Source: an uncultured Gammaproteobacteria bacterium (GTDB lineage Bacteria; Pseudomonadota; Gammaproteobacteria; DRLM01). From it: 64,000 nt of DNA. The position numbers were made by a program, and so were the translations under genes. Shown here piece after piece: positions 31,675-41,865 of the stretch (positions within the stretch are counted from its first letter, which is position 1; each line of letters starts with the position of its first letter). Under the pieces are notes generated by a model that saw nothing but the letters and a program-made list of their open reading frames with translations, did no database searches and was not told the DNA's origin. The stretch is from assembly GCA_963729605.1 (NCBI GenBank), contig CAVSNY010000005.1, forward strand, positions 1-64,000. Direction: 5' to 3'.

Positions 31675-32600
31675 TTGTCCGTCCCCAAGCGCACGCGCGG
31701 ATCGAGCCAGGCATACAGCAAATCGGTGGCGGTGTTCACCAACACGTAGGTGACGCTGATCAATAATACGCAGGCCTGCACCACCGGATAATCGCGGCGC
31801 TGAATCGACTCGATGGTCAACTCGCCGAGGCCCGGCCAGGAGAACACCATCTCGGTCACCACCGCGCCGCCCAGCAACACGCCCAATTGCAGACCCAATA
31901 TCGTCACCACCGGCAGCAGCGCGTTGCGCAGGGCGTGATGCCACACCACCACCCGCTCGGGCAGGCCCTTGGCCCGCGCGGTGCGCACGAAGTCCTCGTG
32001 TAACACCTCCAGCAAAGACGCGCGCACCATGCGCGACAACACCGCCGCCAGCGCCGTGCCCAAGGTCAGCGCCGGCAACACCAGCGAACTCAATTCATCG
32101 CGGCCGCTCACCGGCAACCAGCCCAGCCACACCGAGAACACCAGAATCAGCAACGGCCCCAACCAGAAATTGGGCATGGACACGCCGAGCAGCGACACGC
32201 CCATCGCGCCGTAATCCCACGCGGAATCTTTGCGGACCGCGGCCAGCACACCGAGCGGAAAGGCGATGAGCACCGCCACGCCCAAAGCCGCCGCCGCCAA
32301 TTCCGCCGTGGCGGGAATACGCTCCCACAACATCTCCGTGATAGGGCGTTTGGAATGCAGCGAAGTACCCAAGTCCAATCGCAGCAGACCTTCCAAAAAA
32401 TGCAGCAGCTGGGCCCAAAGCGGCTGATTGAGACCGAGCGCCTGCCGCAGCGCCTCGCGGTCGGCGGCGTGCGCCGATTCGCCCAACATCACCTCGACCG
32501 GATCGCCGGGGACCAGATGCAGCAGCAGAAACACCAGACAGCTCACGCCCAGCAGTACCACGGCGGCGCTCAGCAAACGGGAGATGATGAAGACAGGCAT
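31671..32600 (-). CDS. Peptide ABC transporter permease (DppB/OppB-like)
   Basis: PGDP, PNFWLG, TARAKGL, HALRNAL, RDYPVVQ. Confidence 0.93.
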   Translation of the reverse strand: MPVFIISRLLSAAVVLLGVSCLVFLLLHLVPGDPVEVMLGESAHAADREALRQALGLNQPLWAQLLHFLEGLLRLDLGTSLHSKRPITEMLWERIPATAELAAAALGVAVLIAFPLGVLAAVRKDSAWDYGAMGVSLLGVSMPNFWLGPLLILVFSVWLGWLPVSGRDELSSLVLPALTLGTALAAVLSRMVRASLLEVLHEDFVRTARAKGLPERVVVWHHALRNALLPVVTILGLQLGVLLGGAVVTEMVFSWPGLGELTIESIQRRDYPVVQACVLLISVTYVLVNTATDLLYAWLDPRVRLGTDK

Positions 32601-32616
32601 GGTAGGTTGATGCGCC

Positions 32617-33108
32617 TTATTCGGTGATGATGACCGGCGTGCCCGCCGGCACGCGATCGAACAGCGCGATGATATCGCTGTTGCGCATGCGCACGCAGCC
32701 GCGCGAACCCGGCACGCCCAGGACAACGTGGTCGGGCGTGCCGTGCAGATAAATGTAACGGCGCATGCTGTCGACATCGCCCCAGCGATTGCGGCCCGGC
32801 TCGCGACCGCTCAGCCACAAGATGCGGGTCAGTATCCAATCGCGGCCGGGAAAACGCTCGCCCAGTTCGCGGCTGTAAATCTCGCCGGTGGGCCGGCGGC
32901 CGACCAACACCGTGCCAGGGGCGCAACCGCCGCCGATTTTGGCGCGAATGATGTGCTCACCACGCGGCGTGCATTCGCTGCCCTGCCGTTCGCCGGCGCC
33001 GTTCTTGGCGGTGGACACCGGCACGTCCATCACCAGCGCGCCGTTCTCCCAATAACGCAGCCGCTGTTCGCCGATGTTGATCTCGATACGCGTCGGTTGA
33101 TTCATCAT
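32617..33108 (-). CDS. L,D-transpeptidase (YkuD domain)
   Basis: YIYLHGT...SRGCVRM catalytic motif. Confidence 0.9.
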   Translation of the reverse strand: MMNQPTRIEINIGEQRLRYWENGALVMDVPVSTAKNGAGERQGSECTPRGEHIIRAKIGGGCAPGTVLVGRRPTGEIYSRELGERFPGRDWILTRILWLSGREPGRNRWGDVDSMRRYIYLHGTPDHVVLGVPGSRGCVRMRNSDIIALFDRVPAGTPVIITE

Positions 33109-33145
33109 CCGCTACTCATCTTTATGGTCACTCTATCCATCCACC

Positions 33146-33350
33146 ACCCCTCTCCCTCGCCCTCTCCCGCAAGGGGAGAGGGATAGAGGCCGGCAAACAA
33201 ATCGGCCCGGCATCATCGCCGTCGCCCGTATTAAGAACCTCTCTCCTTCGAAGGGAGAGCGCGGCGAAAGGGGCGAAGCCGCTTGCGGAGAGGGTGAGTC
33301 AATCATCAACGATACTGTCATTCGTCCCTCTCCCGCCCGGGGCGAGGGAC
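33146..33350. repeat. Cluster of REP-like palindromes (family A)
   Basis: CCCTCTCCCGCAAGGGGAGAGGG plus two further variants. Confidence 0.7.
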
Positions 33351-33354
33351 GTTG

Positions 33355-34875
33355 TTATTCCGCCGTCCGCCGCACGACGGTCAACCCATCATAATTGCCG
33401 TCGACGGCGGGCGTATAGCCGGCGATGGTGCGCCGCGCCACGAACACCTGGTCTTCGTACCACAAGGGCACATAGGGCAATTCCGCCAGCAAAACGGCCT
33501 GCAATTGCCGGTAATACGCGGCCTGCCGCACCGGGTCCTCCTCACCGGCGGCCGCCTCGATCAATTCATCCGCCGCCTTGCTGCGAAACCGGCCGCGGTT
33601 CGCCCCGACCGGCGGCACCTGGCTGCTGTGAAGAGCATAATGAAAAATGTCCGGCGTTTTCACTCCCACCCAGGCCAGGCTGAACATTTGAAAACGGCCG
33701 GCCTTGATGTCGCCGTAAAACGTACCCCAATCGTAGCTGCTCAGTTCGACGTCGATGCCCACCTCGCCCAGCTGTTGCTGAATGATGGTGGCGAGGCGCA
33801 GACGGAAGGCGTCGCTGGAGGTTTTATATTCGATGCGCGGCCGTTTTCCCTCGCCGTAACCCGCCTCCGCCAGCAAGGCCCGCGCCCGCACCGGATCGTA
33901 AGCCAGCAAAGGCAGCGCCGGATTGCCCGCCCAATGTTCCGGCGGCAATAAGGCGCTGGCGGGCCGCGCCGCGTCGCCCAAAACATAGTGGATGATGGCC
34001 TCGCGGTCGAGGGCGTGGGCGATCGCTTCGCGCACCGCGTGCCGGCTCACCAGCGGGTCGTCCATATTGAAACCGAGGTAGGCGAAATTCGAACCGCGGC
34101 CGCGTTGCACGCGCAACTCGGGCCGCGCCTCGGCGTAGCGGATCATCTCCGGCGGCAGATCGTTCTGCACCATGTCCAGTTCGCCGCGCTGGAGTTTGAG
34201 GATGCGCACGGTCGGGTCGCGCACCTGCAAAAATTCCAGACGCTGGCCGTCACTCACCCGCCGCAATTGCAGACGGCCCGGCTCGGGCCAGGCGACGAAA
34301 GCATAGGGGCCGCTGCCCAGCGCCGCTTGGTTAAAAATATGGCCCGCGGCGATGGCCGCGGCGGGCAAGATGCCGATCACCAGCCGGCCGGGGAACAACA
34401 CGTCCGGCCGCGATAAATGAAAATCCACGGTATCCTCATCGATCACCGCGATGGACGCGATCATCTCCAGACTGCCGCGATGTGGCGAGGCGGTTTTAGT
34501 GTCGAGCAAACTGTCGTACGTCGCCTGCACATCGCGCGCGGTCAGCCGACCGCCGTCATGAAAACGGCGGCCCTCGCCGTTCAGCAAATGAAAACGGTAG
34601 TGCAGCGGCGCCAGCCGCGTCCACTCCGCCAAACCGGCGACGGGTTGCTGCGCCGCGTCGAACTCCACCAGTTGCCGGTAGAGCAGCCGGTTGATGCGCG
34701 CCGAGGTGGCGTCGGTGGCGAAACGCGGATCGAGGGTCACCGGCGCGCTGGCCAAGCCGAAACGCAAGCTGTCGGGCGCGGACTTGCCGCCGCAGCTCAG
34801 CAACGGCAGCGCGCCTATCAGCAACACGAGAAACATGCCGAGACGGCGCGACACCAATCGCCGTATGACGTTCAA
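33355..34875 (-). CDS. Peptide ABC transporter substrate-binding lipoprotein (family 5)
   Basis: LLSC lipobox, TLDPR, GSGPY, YLGFN, VREAIAHALDR. Confidence 0.9.
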   Translation of the reverse strand: MNVIRRLVSRRLGMFLVLLIGALPLLSCGGKSAPDSLRFGLASAPVTLDPRFATDATSARINRLLYRQLVEFDAAQQPVAGLAEWTRLAPLHYRFHLLNGEGRRFHDGGRLTARDVQATYDSLLDTKTASPHRGSLEMIASIAVIDEDTVDFHLSRPDVLFPGRLVIGILPAAAIAAGHIFNQAALGSGPYAFVAWPEPGRLQLRRVSDGQRLEFLQVRDPTVRILKLQRGELDMVQNDLPPEMIRYAEARPELRVQRGRGSNFAYLGFNMDDPLVSRHAVREAIAHALDREAIIHYVLGDAARPASALLPPEHWAGNPALPLLAYDPVRARALLAEAGYGEGKRPRIEYKTSSDAFRLRLATIIQQQLGEVGIDVELSSYDWGTFYGDIKAGRFQMFSLAWVGVKTPDIFHYALHSSQVPPVGANRGRFRSKAADELIEAAAGEEDPVRQAAYYRQLQAVLLAELPYVPLWYEDQVFVARRTIAGYTPAVDGNYDGLTVVRRTAE

Positions 34876-34932
34876 GGGAAGCCATCCGTCATGATCGCCC
34901 TTTTCAAGAGCGGCCGTCCCGCATCACCGGCA

Positions 34933-35406
34933 TCAAGGCCGCCAATCTTTATACGGGTGTTTGACCAGGCAGACGTTGTAATAACGCGGATCGTAAGACA
35001 CCTCTGCACCCGCCCAGGGCGGTTTCTCAAAAACCTCATCCTCGCTGCCCAATTCGATTTCGGCGACGACCAGACCCGCGTTGTCGCCCGCGAACACGTC
35101 CACCTCCCAGACATGGCCGGCGTATTCCACTTCGTAACGGGTCTTTTCAATCAGCGGACCGTCGCAAAAATGGTCCAACAACTCGTCGGCATCCTTGGTC
35201 GGGATGGCGTATTCATATTCGCGGCGGCTCACCCCCAGCGTCGCGCTCTTGATATTGAGGAAGGCCTGCGCGCCTTGTAAACGCACGCGAATGGAAGACT
35301 GTTGACCGCCGCTCAAATAACCCTGGCGCATGAAAATCCCCGCCGCCGCCTGCGGCCGCCAACGTTCATCCAACACCAAAAACTTCCGTTCAATTTCGGT
35401 CGCCAT
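34933..35406 (-). CDS. CYTH-domain protein
   Basis: EIERKFL, QGYL, EKTRY, WEVDVF, AEIEL. Confidence 0.92.
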   Translation of the reverse strand: MATEIERKFLVLDERWRPQAAAGIFMRQGYLSGGQQSSIRVRLQGAQAFLNIKSATLGVSRREYEYAIPTKDADELLDHFCDGPLIEKTRYEVEYAGHVWEVDVFAGDNAGLVVAEIELGSEDEVFEKPPWAGAEVSYDPRYYNVCLVKHPYKDWRP

Positions 35407-35864
35407 GCTCGCCTCTCTCCAACCGCCACCGACCGGTGGCGCCGATGGTCGGGAATTGTACACCACCCGGCGTCCATCGCCTTTATGGCATCATCGTCCA
35501 CGGAGTGATCGACTTCCCGCAAAAACGCTACAGCGGTCAAACGCTGCTCGACCGCGATCGGCGGGCATGCCGAGAATTGCGCCGCCGTTACGCCCGCTCG
35601 ATCTCTCGCGAGCGCGAGGCCCTGCAAGACGGGGCGGAAATCAGGATCAACAACGTGATCGCCGCGCAACGGGAAGTCCGCGCGGGCGCGCTGAGACGCA
35701 CCGCGCCCGCGTCTCGGAAAAAATGCGGGCCGCGTTGCGCTCGGCTCGGATGCACATCGTCTCGCCGCTAAAAACCCCCCGGCGCGCTGAACATTTCCGA
35801 CTTGCGCATTCCGCCGCCACTCTTGCTACACTCGCGGTAGGTGATAGGCAGGAGGAAGCCCTTC

Positions 35865-36866
35865 ATGAAGGCCATGGTGATGACGGTGCCTGGCGCGCCG
35901 AAGGTATTGCAGCTGCATGAAGTCCCCACCCCCGCGCTGAGCGGCGGACGCCAGCTATTGGTACGCTTGCACGCCGCCGGCGTCAATCCGGTGGACACCA
36001 AACTGCGCGGCCGCGGCACTTATTTTCCCGAGCGTATGCCCGCCATTCTCGGTTGCGACGGCGCCGGGGTGGTGGAAGCCGCGGGACCCGAGGCTCAGGA
36101 TTTCCAAGTCGGCGACGCGGTGTATTTCTGCAACGGCGGCATCGGCGGACATCCGGGCAATTACGCGGAATACGCGGTGATCGACGAACGATTGGCCGCG
36201 CCCAAACCCCGCACCCTCAGCTTCGTCGAAGCGGCGGCGGTGCCGCTGGCGCTGATCACCGCCTGGGAAGCCCTCCACGACCGGGCTCACATCCAAGAGG
36301 GACAACAAGTATTGATCCACGCCGGCGCCGGCGGGGTGGGCCATCTGGCGATCCAATTGGCCAAGTTGCACGGCGCCCGGGTCTGCGCCACCGTGTCCAG
36401 TCCGGCCAAGGCGGAATTGGTAAGCGAACTCGGCGCCGAATTGGCGGTTGATTATCGTAAGACGGATTTCGTCGCGGCGGTGAATGAATGGAGCGGCGGC
36501 CGGGGCGTGGACATGGCCTTGGACAGCGTCGGCGGCATCACCTTCGCCCGCACGATGAGCGCCGTGCGCCACTACGGCGATCTGGTCACCTTGCTGCAAC
36601 CGGGCGCAGACCTAGATTGGAAAGAGGCGCGACTGCGCAATCTACGCGTCAGTTTCGAGCTGATGTTGACTCCCATGTTATATGGCCTGATGAATGTCCA
36701 ACAACATCACGCCGATATTTTACGTCGCGCCGCGGCGTTGTTCGACGCGGGCACATTGCATATTCATATCAGCCACACCCTGCCCTTGGAACAGGCGGCG
36801 GAGGCGCATCAACTCATCGAGGCCGGTGGCGTCACCGGCAAAATCGTCCTCACCATCGCCGAGTGA
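35865..36866 (+). CDS. MDR-family NAD(P)H:quinone oxidoreductase-like protein
   Basis: GVNPVD, GCDGAG, HAGAGGVG, GKIVL; AGGAGG RBS. Confidence 0.9.
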   Translation: MKAMVMTVPGAPKVLQLHEVPTPALSGGRQLLVRLHAAGVNPVDTKLRGRGTYFPERMPAILGCDGAGVVEAAGPEAQDFQVGDAVYFCNGGIGGHPGNYAEYAVIDERLAAPKPRTLSFVEAAAVPLALITAWEALHDRAHIQEGQQVLIHAGAGGVGHLAIQLAKLHGARVCATVSSPAKAELVSELGAELAVDYRKTDFVAAVNEWSGGRGVDMALDSVGGITFARTMSAVRHYGDLVTLLQPGADLDWKEARLRNLRVSFELMLTPMLYGLMNVQQHHADILRRAAALFDAGTLHIHISHTLPLEQAAEAHQLIEAGGVTGKIVLTIAE

Positions 36867-36884
36867 ACGGCGCCTAGGATCAGC

Positions 36885-37313
36885 ATGATCAGCAACAATG
36901 TCCCTTTCGTATTTTTTTACGGATCCTTACTGGTCGGCACCGGCGACCGCCGCTTCGACGCCTGGCTGCGCGGGGCGATTTATCCTTGGTCGGAAGGTTA
37001 TATCCAGGCGCAGCTCTACGACTTCGGCACCTATGCGGCGGCGGTCACCTCCAATCAAAAAAACGACAAAGTGTACGGCACGGTATTCCGACTACGACGC
37101 CCCGAATTTCTCGACCGGATCGATCGTTACCAACTTTATCGCCCGGACGCCCATCACCACAGCGAATTCATCCGCCGCCTCACCCAAATCACCCAGTTGC
37201 CGAGCGGCCGCCCATTTACCTGCTGGGTATATTTCTACAGTGCCGTCGTAACCGGTCGTCCCCGCATCCGCCATGGTAACTACCGGGCCTTTCTCGCGAC
37301 ACAACGGCGTTAA
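36885..37313 (+). CDS. Gamma-glutamylcyclotransferase-like (AIG2) protein
   Basis: FFYGSL, VYGTVF, WVYFY. Confidence 0.75.
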   Translation: MISNNVPFVFFYGSLLVGTGDRRFDAWLRGAIYPWSEGYIQAQLYDFGTYAAAVTSNQKNDKVYGTVFRLRRPEFLDRIDRYQLYRPDAHHHSEFIRRLTQITQLPSGRPFTCWVYFYSAVVTGRPRIRHGNYRAFLATQRR

Positions 37314-37578
37314 TCCCGCGGCCGGTTGGAGCGGCTATGGAAGAACTCCATTTTCTTGGCCAATGGAACAGGCTGCGTCAAATGCCCCCGGCATAGCCGG
37401 TGGCTACTGGTGGCGCTTTAAAACACCGGCCGCTCATGACGGCCGTTGCACCGATGACTCTATTTTTGATGAGCGGCGACTCCGAAGAGGGCGCGCCAGA
37501 AAGCAGCCACACGCTCACTTTGTGCGCAGCTATCATTTCTTCCGCTTTGCGACCGACCCCTCGTGGCGATAAAGCAAA

Positions 37579-37623
37579 ACCACCCCGGCCCTGCGGGCCA
37601 CCCCTCCTTATGAAAGGAGGGGA
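37579..37623. repeat. REP-like palindrome (family B)
   Basis: ACCACCCCGGCCCTGCGGGCCACCCCTCCTT...AAGGAGGGGA. Confidence 0.75.
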
Positions 37624-37644
37624 TAAGCTCCCAAACAATCGACC

Positions 37645-37733
37645 GCCGCACCCATCACCGCACCCATCGCCGCACCCATCGCCGCACCCATCACCGCACC
37701 CATCACCGCATCCATCGCCGCATCCATCGCCGC
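37645..37733. repeat. 12-bp tandem repeat, 7 full copies plus a partial copy
   Basis: RCCGCAYCCATC units read directly. Confidence 0.92.
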
Positions 37734-37890
37734 GCCTCACCGCGCCTATCACCACGTAAACAGCCTTGCGGGTGTCGCGGCCTCAGGAAACGATTCGCGC
37801 CTCGGTGCGGGAATTGACCTCGGTCTCGCGACGTTGATTCTTGTGCGCCGATGGCCTGCGTGCGTTCGATGCGCTGCCGCGCAACACATC

Positions 37891-38248
37891 AATGACTGAC
37901 GCCGCTTCGCATCTATCTCGGACTTCTCGCGCTGACATCGTCTCCCTTGACTCGTCGCGCATCCCCCGGCGGGGGTCGGGGTCTACCTCCATGAATTAAA
38001 TTGGCTGACTGCGCGGAAGGAATCCCCGCGCTTGTTCAAGGAGGAGAATCGCGACCGCCTCGCTACGCTAATGACCGACGCCGCTTCGCATCTATCTCGG
38101 ACTTCTCGCGCTGACATCGTCTCCCTTGACTCGTCGCGCACCCCCCGGCGGGGATCGGGGTCTACCTCCATGAATTAAATTGGCTGATTGCGCGGAAGAA
38201 ATCCCCGCGCTTGCTCAAGGGGGAAGATCGCGGCCGCCTCGCTACGCT
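37891..38248. repeat. 179-bp tandem duplication (2 copies)
   Basis: 37891-38069 and 38070-38248 are near-identical with scattered substitutions. Confidence 0.92.
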
Positions 38249-38320
38249 CTCCCCTCCTCGCATCCCCTTCGCCTGGTCCAGCGGCTTGCCGCGGGGACTT
38301 TCAATAAGATTTAAACCGGC

Positions 38321-39646
38321 TCATGCCTGTTCGAACAACGCGATGCACTCGACATGAGTGGTATGAGGAAACATATCCATCACCCCGGCTTTGCGCAGAC
38401 GATAGCCGTGCTGCTGCACCAGCTCCGCCGCGTCGCGGGCGAAGGTGGCGGGGTTGCAACTGACATAAACGATGCGCGCCGCGCCCAATTTGGCGATGCG
38501 CCGCACCACTTCTAGAGCACCCGTACGCGGCGGGTCCAATAAAATTTTATCGAAGCCCCGCGCCGCCCACGGCCACATTGAAAGCGGATCACCGAGATCG
38601 GCGGCGTGAAATTCGGCGTTTTCGATAGCGTTGCGGCGGGCGTTGTCGCGGGCGCGCGCCACCAACTGCGCATCGCCTTCGACACCCGTCACCCAGGCCG
38701 CGCGGCGCGCGATCGGCAGGGTGAAATTGCCGAGCCCGCAAAACAGATCCAACACCCGTTCATCGCCGCGCAGGTCCAGCAGTTCCAGCGCGCGTTTGAT
38801 CATGGCGCCATTGATGTCGCCGTTGACCTGGGTGAAGTCGGTGGGGCGGAATTCCAGTTCCACATCGAACTCCGGCAAGCGATAGCTGAGCCGCGGGTCC
38901 GCCGGCCATAACGGCGTCACACTGTCCGGCCCGGCCGCTTGCAGATAGATGTAAAAACCCCGCCGCTCGCCGAAGGCGCGCAGCGCGCTGAGGTCGTGTT
39001 CGCTCAAGGGATCGAGATGCCGGAACACCAGACCGACCGCCTGATCACCCGCCGCCACTTCCACTTGCGGGATGCGTTGATAAGCATCCAACCCGCGCAG
39101 CAGCTCGCGCAACGCCACTAAATTTTGGCCGACCTGGGGATGCAAGACCTCGCAGCGGCTTAAATCGGCGAGATAGGCGCTGCGCTTTTCGCGGAAACCG
39201 ACCAGCATCGCCGATTTTTTCTCGACGTATTTGGCGCCGAGCCGGGCGCGGCGCCGATAGCCCCAATGGGGACCGGTGAGCGGCGGCAGGATTTCCTCGG
39301 GCGTCACACCGCCGATGCGGCGGAGATCGTCCAAGAGGATCTGCTGTTTCATGCCGATCTGCGCCTCGGCATGCAGGTGTTGCAGACTGCAACCGCCGCA
39401 CAGACCGAAGTGAACGCAGCGCGGCGTCACCCGCTCCGGCGCGGCGCGGATCACCTCGCTGACCACGCCTTCGTCGTAGCGCTTGTGGCGCGCCACCAAG
39501 GTGAAATCGACTTCTTCGCCGGGCAAGCCGCCTTCGATGAAGGTGGCCTTGCCGTCGATGCGCGCCACGCCGCGGCCATCGTGATTCAGCGTATCGATGG
39601 TGGCGCGGAAGGTGGCGCTGGGCAGGGGTTTGCGCTTGCGGGACAT
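38321..39646 (-). CDS. rlmD: 23S rRNA m5U1939 methyltransferase
   Basis: TRAM domain, CVHFGLCGGC Fe-S motif, FTQVN, LDPPR, YVSCNP, DMFPHTTHVE. Confidence 0.95.
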   Translation of the reverse strand: MSRKRKPLPSATFRATIDTLNHDGRGVARIDGKATFIEGGLPGEEVDFTLVARHKRYDEGVVSEVIRAAPERVTPRCVHFGLCGGCSLQHLHAEAQIGMKQQILLDDLRRIGGVTPEEILPPLTGPHWGYRRRARLGAKYVEKKSAMLVGFREKRSAYLADLSRCEVLHPQVGQNLVALRELLRGLDAYQRIPQVEVAAGDQAVGLVFRHLDPLSEHDLSALRAFGERRGFYIYLQAAGPDSVTPLWPADPRLSYRLPEFDVELEFRPTDFTQVNGDINGAMIKRALELLDLRGDERVLDLFCGLGNFTLPIARRAAWVTGVEGDAQLVARARDNARRNAIENAEFHAADLGDPLSMWPWAARGFDKILLDPPRTGALEVVRRIAKLGAARIVYVSCNPATFARDAAELVQQHGYRLRKAGVMDMFPHTTHVECIALFEQA

Positions 39647-39683
39647 CGACTTCTCTTCGTAAATAAAGCGGGATGAGCGCGCT

Positions 39684-40481
39684 TCAGCGCGCCGGGGAAG
39701 ACAAGGACGGTTCACGCCACGCAGCGAGAAATTCCTGTAAATGCGGCCGCGGATCGGCGGCCAAGGTGCTGCGCAGCAGCGCGCACTCGCGCTGATAGGC
39801 CTCGCGGTCGAGATGGCCGCGCATCAGTTCGAAACGCAGATATACCAGATAGGTGTTCAGCACATCGGTCTCGCAATAGTTGCGGATGCCGGCGAGATCG
39901 CCGGCCAGGAAGTGATCCCACACCTTGGCGCCGCTCATGCCCATCTTGCCGGGAAAACCCAGCAGGCTGGCGATTTGATCGAGGGGCGCGTTGGCGCGCG
40001 GCTGATAACCGGCCAGCACGTCCATCAGATCGATATGCCGCCAATGAAAGCGACCGAGGTAATTGCTCCATTTGAACTCGCGATCGAGTTCGCCCACGTC
40101 CCAATAACGCGGCGCCGACACACCGTGGCGCAAGGCGCGGTAGTGCAGCACCGGCAGATCGAATCCGCCGCCGTTCCACGACACCAGGGTGGGCACGTAT
40201 TTATCCAGGCCGTCGAAGAAGCGCTGGATGATTTCCTGTTCGGAGGCGTCCAATTCGCCCAAGGACCATACCTTGAGCTGCTCGGCGCTGCGAAATACCG
40301 CCGAGATGGCCACCACTCGCTGTAAATGCAGGCGCAGAAAATCCGAATCGCCGGTCTCCTGCCGCCGCATGTGATGCATGACATCGGCCACCTCTTTGTC
40401 CGACAGGCCGTCGAGGTCGTACAGACGGCGCCCGCCTTCCACGTCGGGGATGGTTTCGATGTCGAAGACTAAAACGTTCAT
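39684..40481 (-). CDS. PolB-like 3'-5' exonuclease family protein
   Basis: VFDIET, SWNGGGFDLP, HIDLMD, YCETD. Confidence 0.9.
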   Translation of the reverse strand: MNVLVFDIETIPDVEGGRRLYDLDGLSDKEVADVMHHMRRQETGDSDFLRLHLQRVVAISAVFRSAEQLKVWSLGELDASEQEIIQRFFDGLDKYVPTLVSWNGGGFDLPVLHYRALRHGVSAPRYWDVGELDREFKWSNYLGRFHWRHIDLMDVLAGYQPRANAPLDQIASLLGFPGKMGMSGAKVWDHFLAGDLAGIRNYCETDVLNTYLVYLRFELMRGHLDREAYQRECALLRSTLAADPRPHLQEFLAAWREPSLSSPAR

Positions 40482-40675
40482 GACGCAGTGGACCTCTTTT
40501 CTTATTAAAGCCTATCTCAAAATTGGGACTTCAAACTGGTTAACCATCCGCGTTCCATATCAGTATTTCTCGGTAAATAATCAACGTTCATAGGCGTCAT
40601 ACAGGGCGAATACTCTTAAAATCAATGTTGAGATAAATTCTAGTATAGTGCTTCGCCTATTCAGAAACAGAAATC

Positions 40676-40809
40676 TCCCCTCCTTGAATAAGGAGGGGTG
40701 CCCCGCAGGGGCGGGGTGGTGGTGCGTTGCAGTAAACGCCCGCTCTTGCACCTCGCTGCGACCACCACCCCGGCGCTCGCGCGCCACCCCTCCTCAAAAG
40801 AGGAGGGGA
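40676..40809. repeat. Inverted pair of family B palindromes (REPIN-like)
   Basis: Copies at 40676-40720 and ~40764-40809 in opposite orientation. Confidence 0.78.
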
Positions 40810-40901
40810 GTGACAAATAGTTTGCTCTTTATCGCAGAGCCAATATCCCATCCAGTGCGAAGCGCTGTACCCATCCGGTCAGTCGGTGACTCGCCGCCCG
40901 T

Positions 40902-41792
40902 TCACGGCGGGAAGACCCCGGTGGACAAATAACGGTCGCCGCGATCGCAGATGATCACCACGATCACCGCGTGGCGCACCTCGTGCGAGAGACGCAGCGC
41001 GGCGTGCACCGCGCCGCCGGACGATATCCCGGCGAAGATACCCTCGCGCGCGGCCAAGGCGCGGGTGGTCTCCTCGGCGTCCGGCTGACTGACGTAGAGC
41101 ATGCGGTCGATCCGCGCCGGGTCATAAATAGCAGGCAAATATTCCTCCGGCCATTTGCGGATGCCGGGAATCTGCGCGCCCTCGGCGGGATGGACACCGA
41201 CGATTTGCACCTCGGGCTTGCGCTCTTTCAGATAACGCGAGGTGCCCATGATGGTACCGGTGGTGCCCATGGCGCTGACGAAGTGAGTGATTTTGCCGCC
41301 GGTATCGCGCCAAATTTCGGGACCGGTACCTTCGTAATGGGCGCGCGGGTTGTCGGGATTGGCGAATTGATCGAGCACCTTGCCCTCGCCCGCGGCCTCC
41401 ATCTTGCGCGCCAAATCGATGGCCGCCTCCATGCTGCCTGCTCGGGGCGTGAGGATGATCTCGGCGCCGTAGGCCTTCATCACCGCGCGCCGTTCCACGC
41501 TCATGTGTTCGGGCATGACGAGTATCAAACGGTAGCCTTTGATGGCGGCGGCCAGGGCCAGGGCGATGCCGGTGTTGCCGGAGGTGGCTTCGATCAAGGT
41601 GTCGCCGGGCCGGATGTCGCCGCGCTCCTCGGCGTAGCGGATCATGCTGAGGGCGGGTCTATCCTTCACCGAACCGGCGGGGTTGTTGCCCTCGAGTTTG
41701 GCGAGCACCACATTGGTGGTTGCGCCGGGCAGACGCTGCAGACGGACTAAAGGGGTGTTGCCGATGAAGTGTTCTATGGTCGGGAAGTGCAT
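40902..41792 (-). CDS. cysM: Cysteine synthase B
   Basis: KLEGNNPAGSVKDR, EATSGNTG, MGTTGT, PGIRKWP, DRGDRYLST. Confidence 0.95.
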   Translation of the reverse strand: MHFPTIEHFIGNTPLVRLQRLPGATTNVVLAKLEGNNPAGSVKDRPALSMIRYAEERGDIRPGDTLIEATSGNTGIALALAAAIKGYRLILVMPEHMSVERRAVMKAYGAEIILTPRAGSMEAAIDLARKMEAAGEGKVLDQFANPDNPRAHYEGTGPEIWRDTGGKITHFVSAMGTTGTIMGTSRYLKERKPEVQIVGVHPAEGAQIPGIRKWPEEYLPAIYDPARIDRMLYVSQPDAEETTRALAAREGIFAGISSGGAVHAALRLSHEVRHAVIVVIICDRGDRYLSTGVFPP

Positions 41793-41865
41793 GGCGGGAT
41801 TGTAACCGAAAACCGGCAAAACGCGGCGAGTCGCCGGGACCATTCTCTCGTCCGCCGCGCCGGCT

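Noticed and set aside
35410-35860. ORFs in the CYTH-oxidoreductase divergent spacer
   Set aside because: Arg/Ala-rich translations in several frames with no domain; more likely a promoter region.
37783-38171. Duplicated minus-strand ORFs as RiPP precursors
   Set aside because: No modifying enzymes, protease or exporter nearby, and no clear RBS before the first ATG.
37645-38248. CRISPR array
   Set aside because: Repeats are directly adjacent with no unique spacers, and no cas genes are present; the same applies to the 21-bp repeat at 59977.
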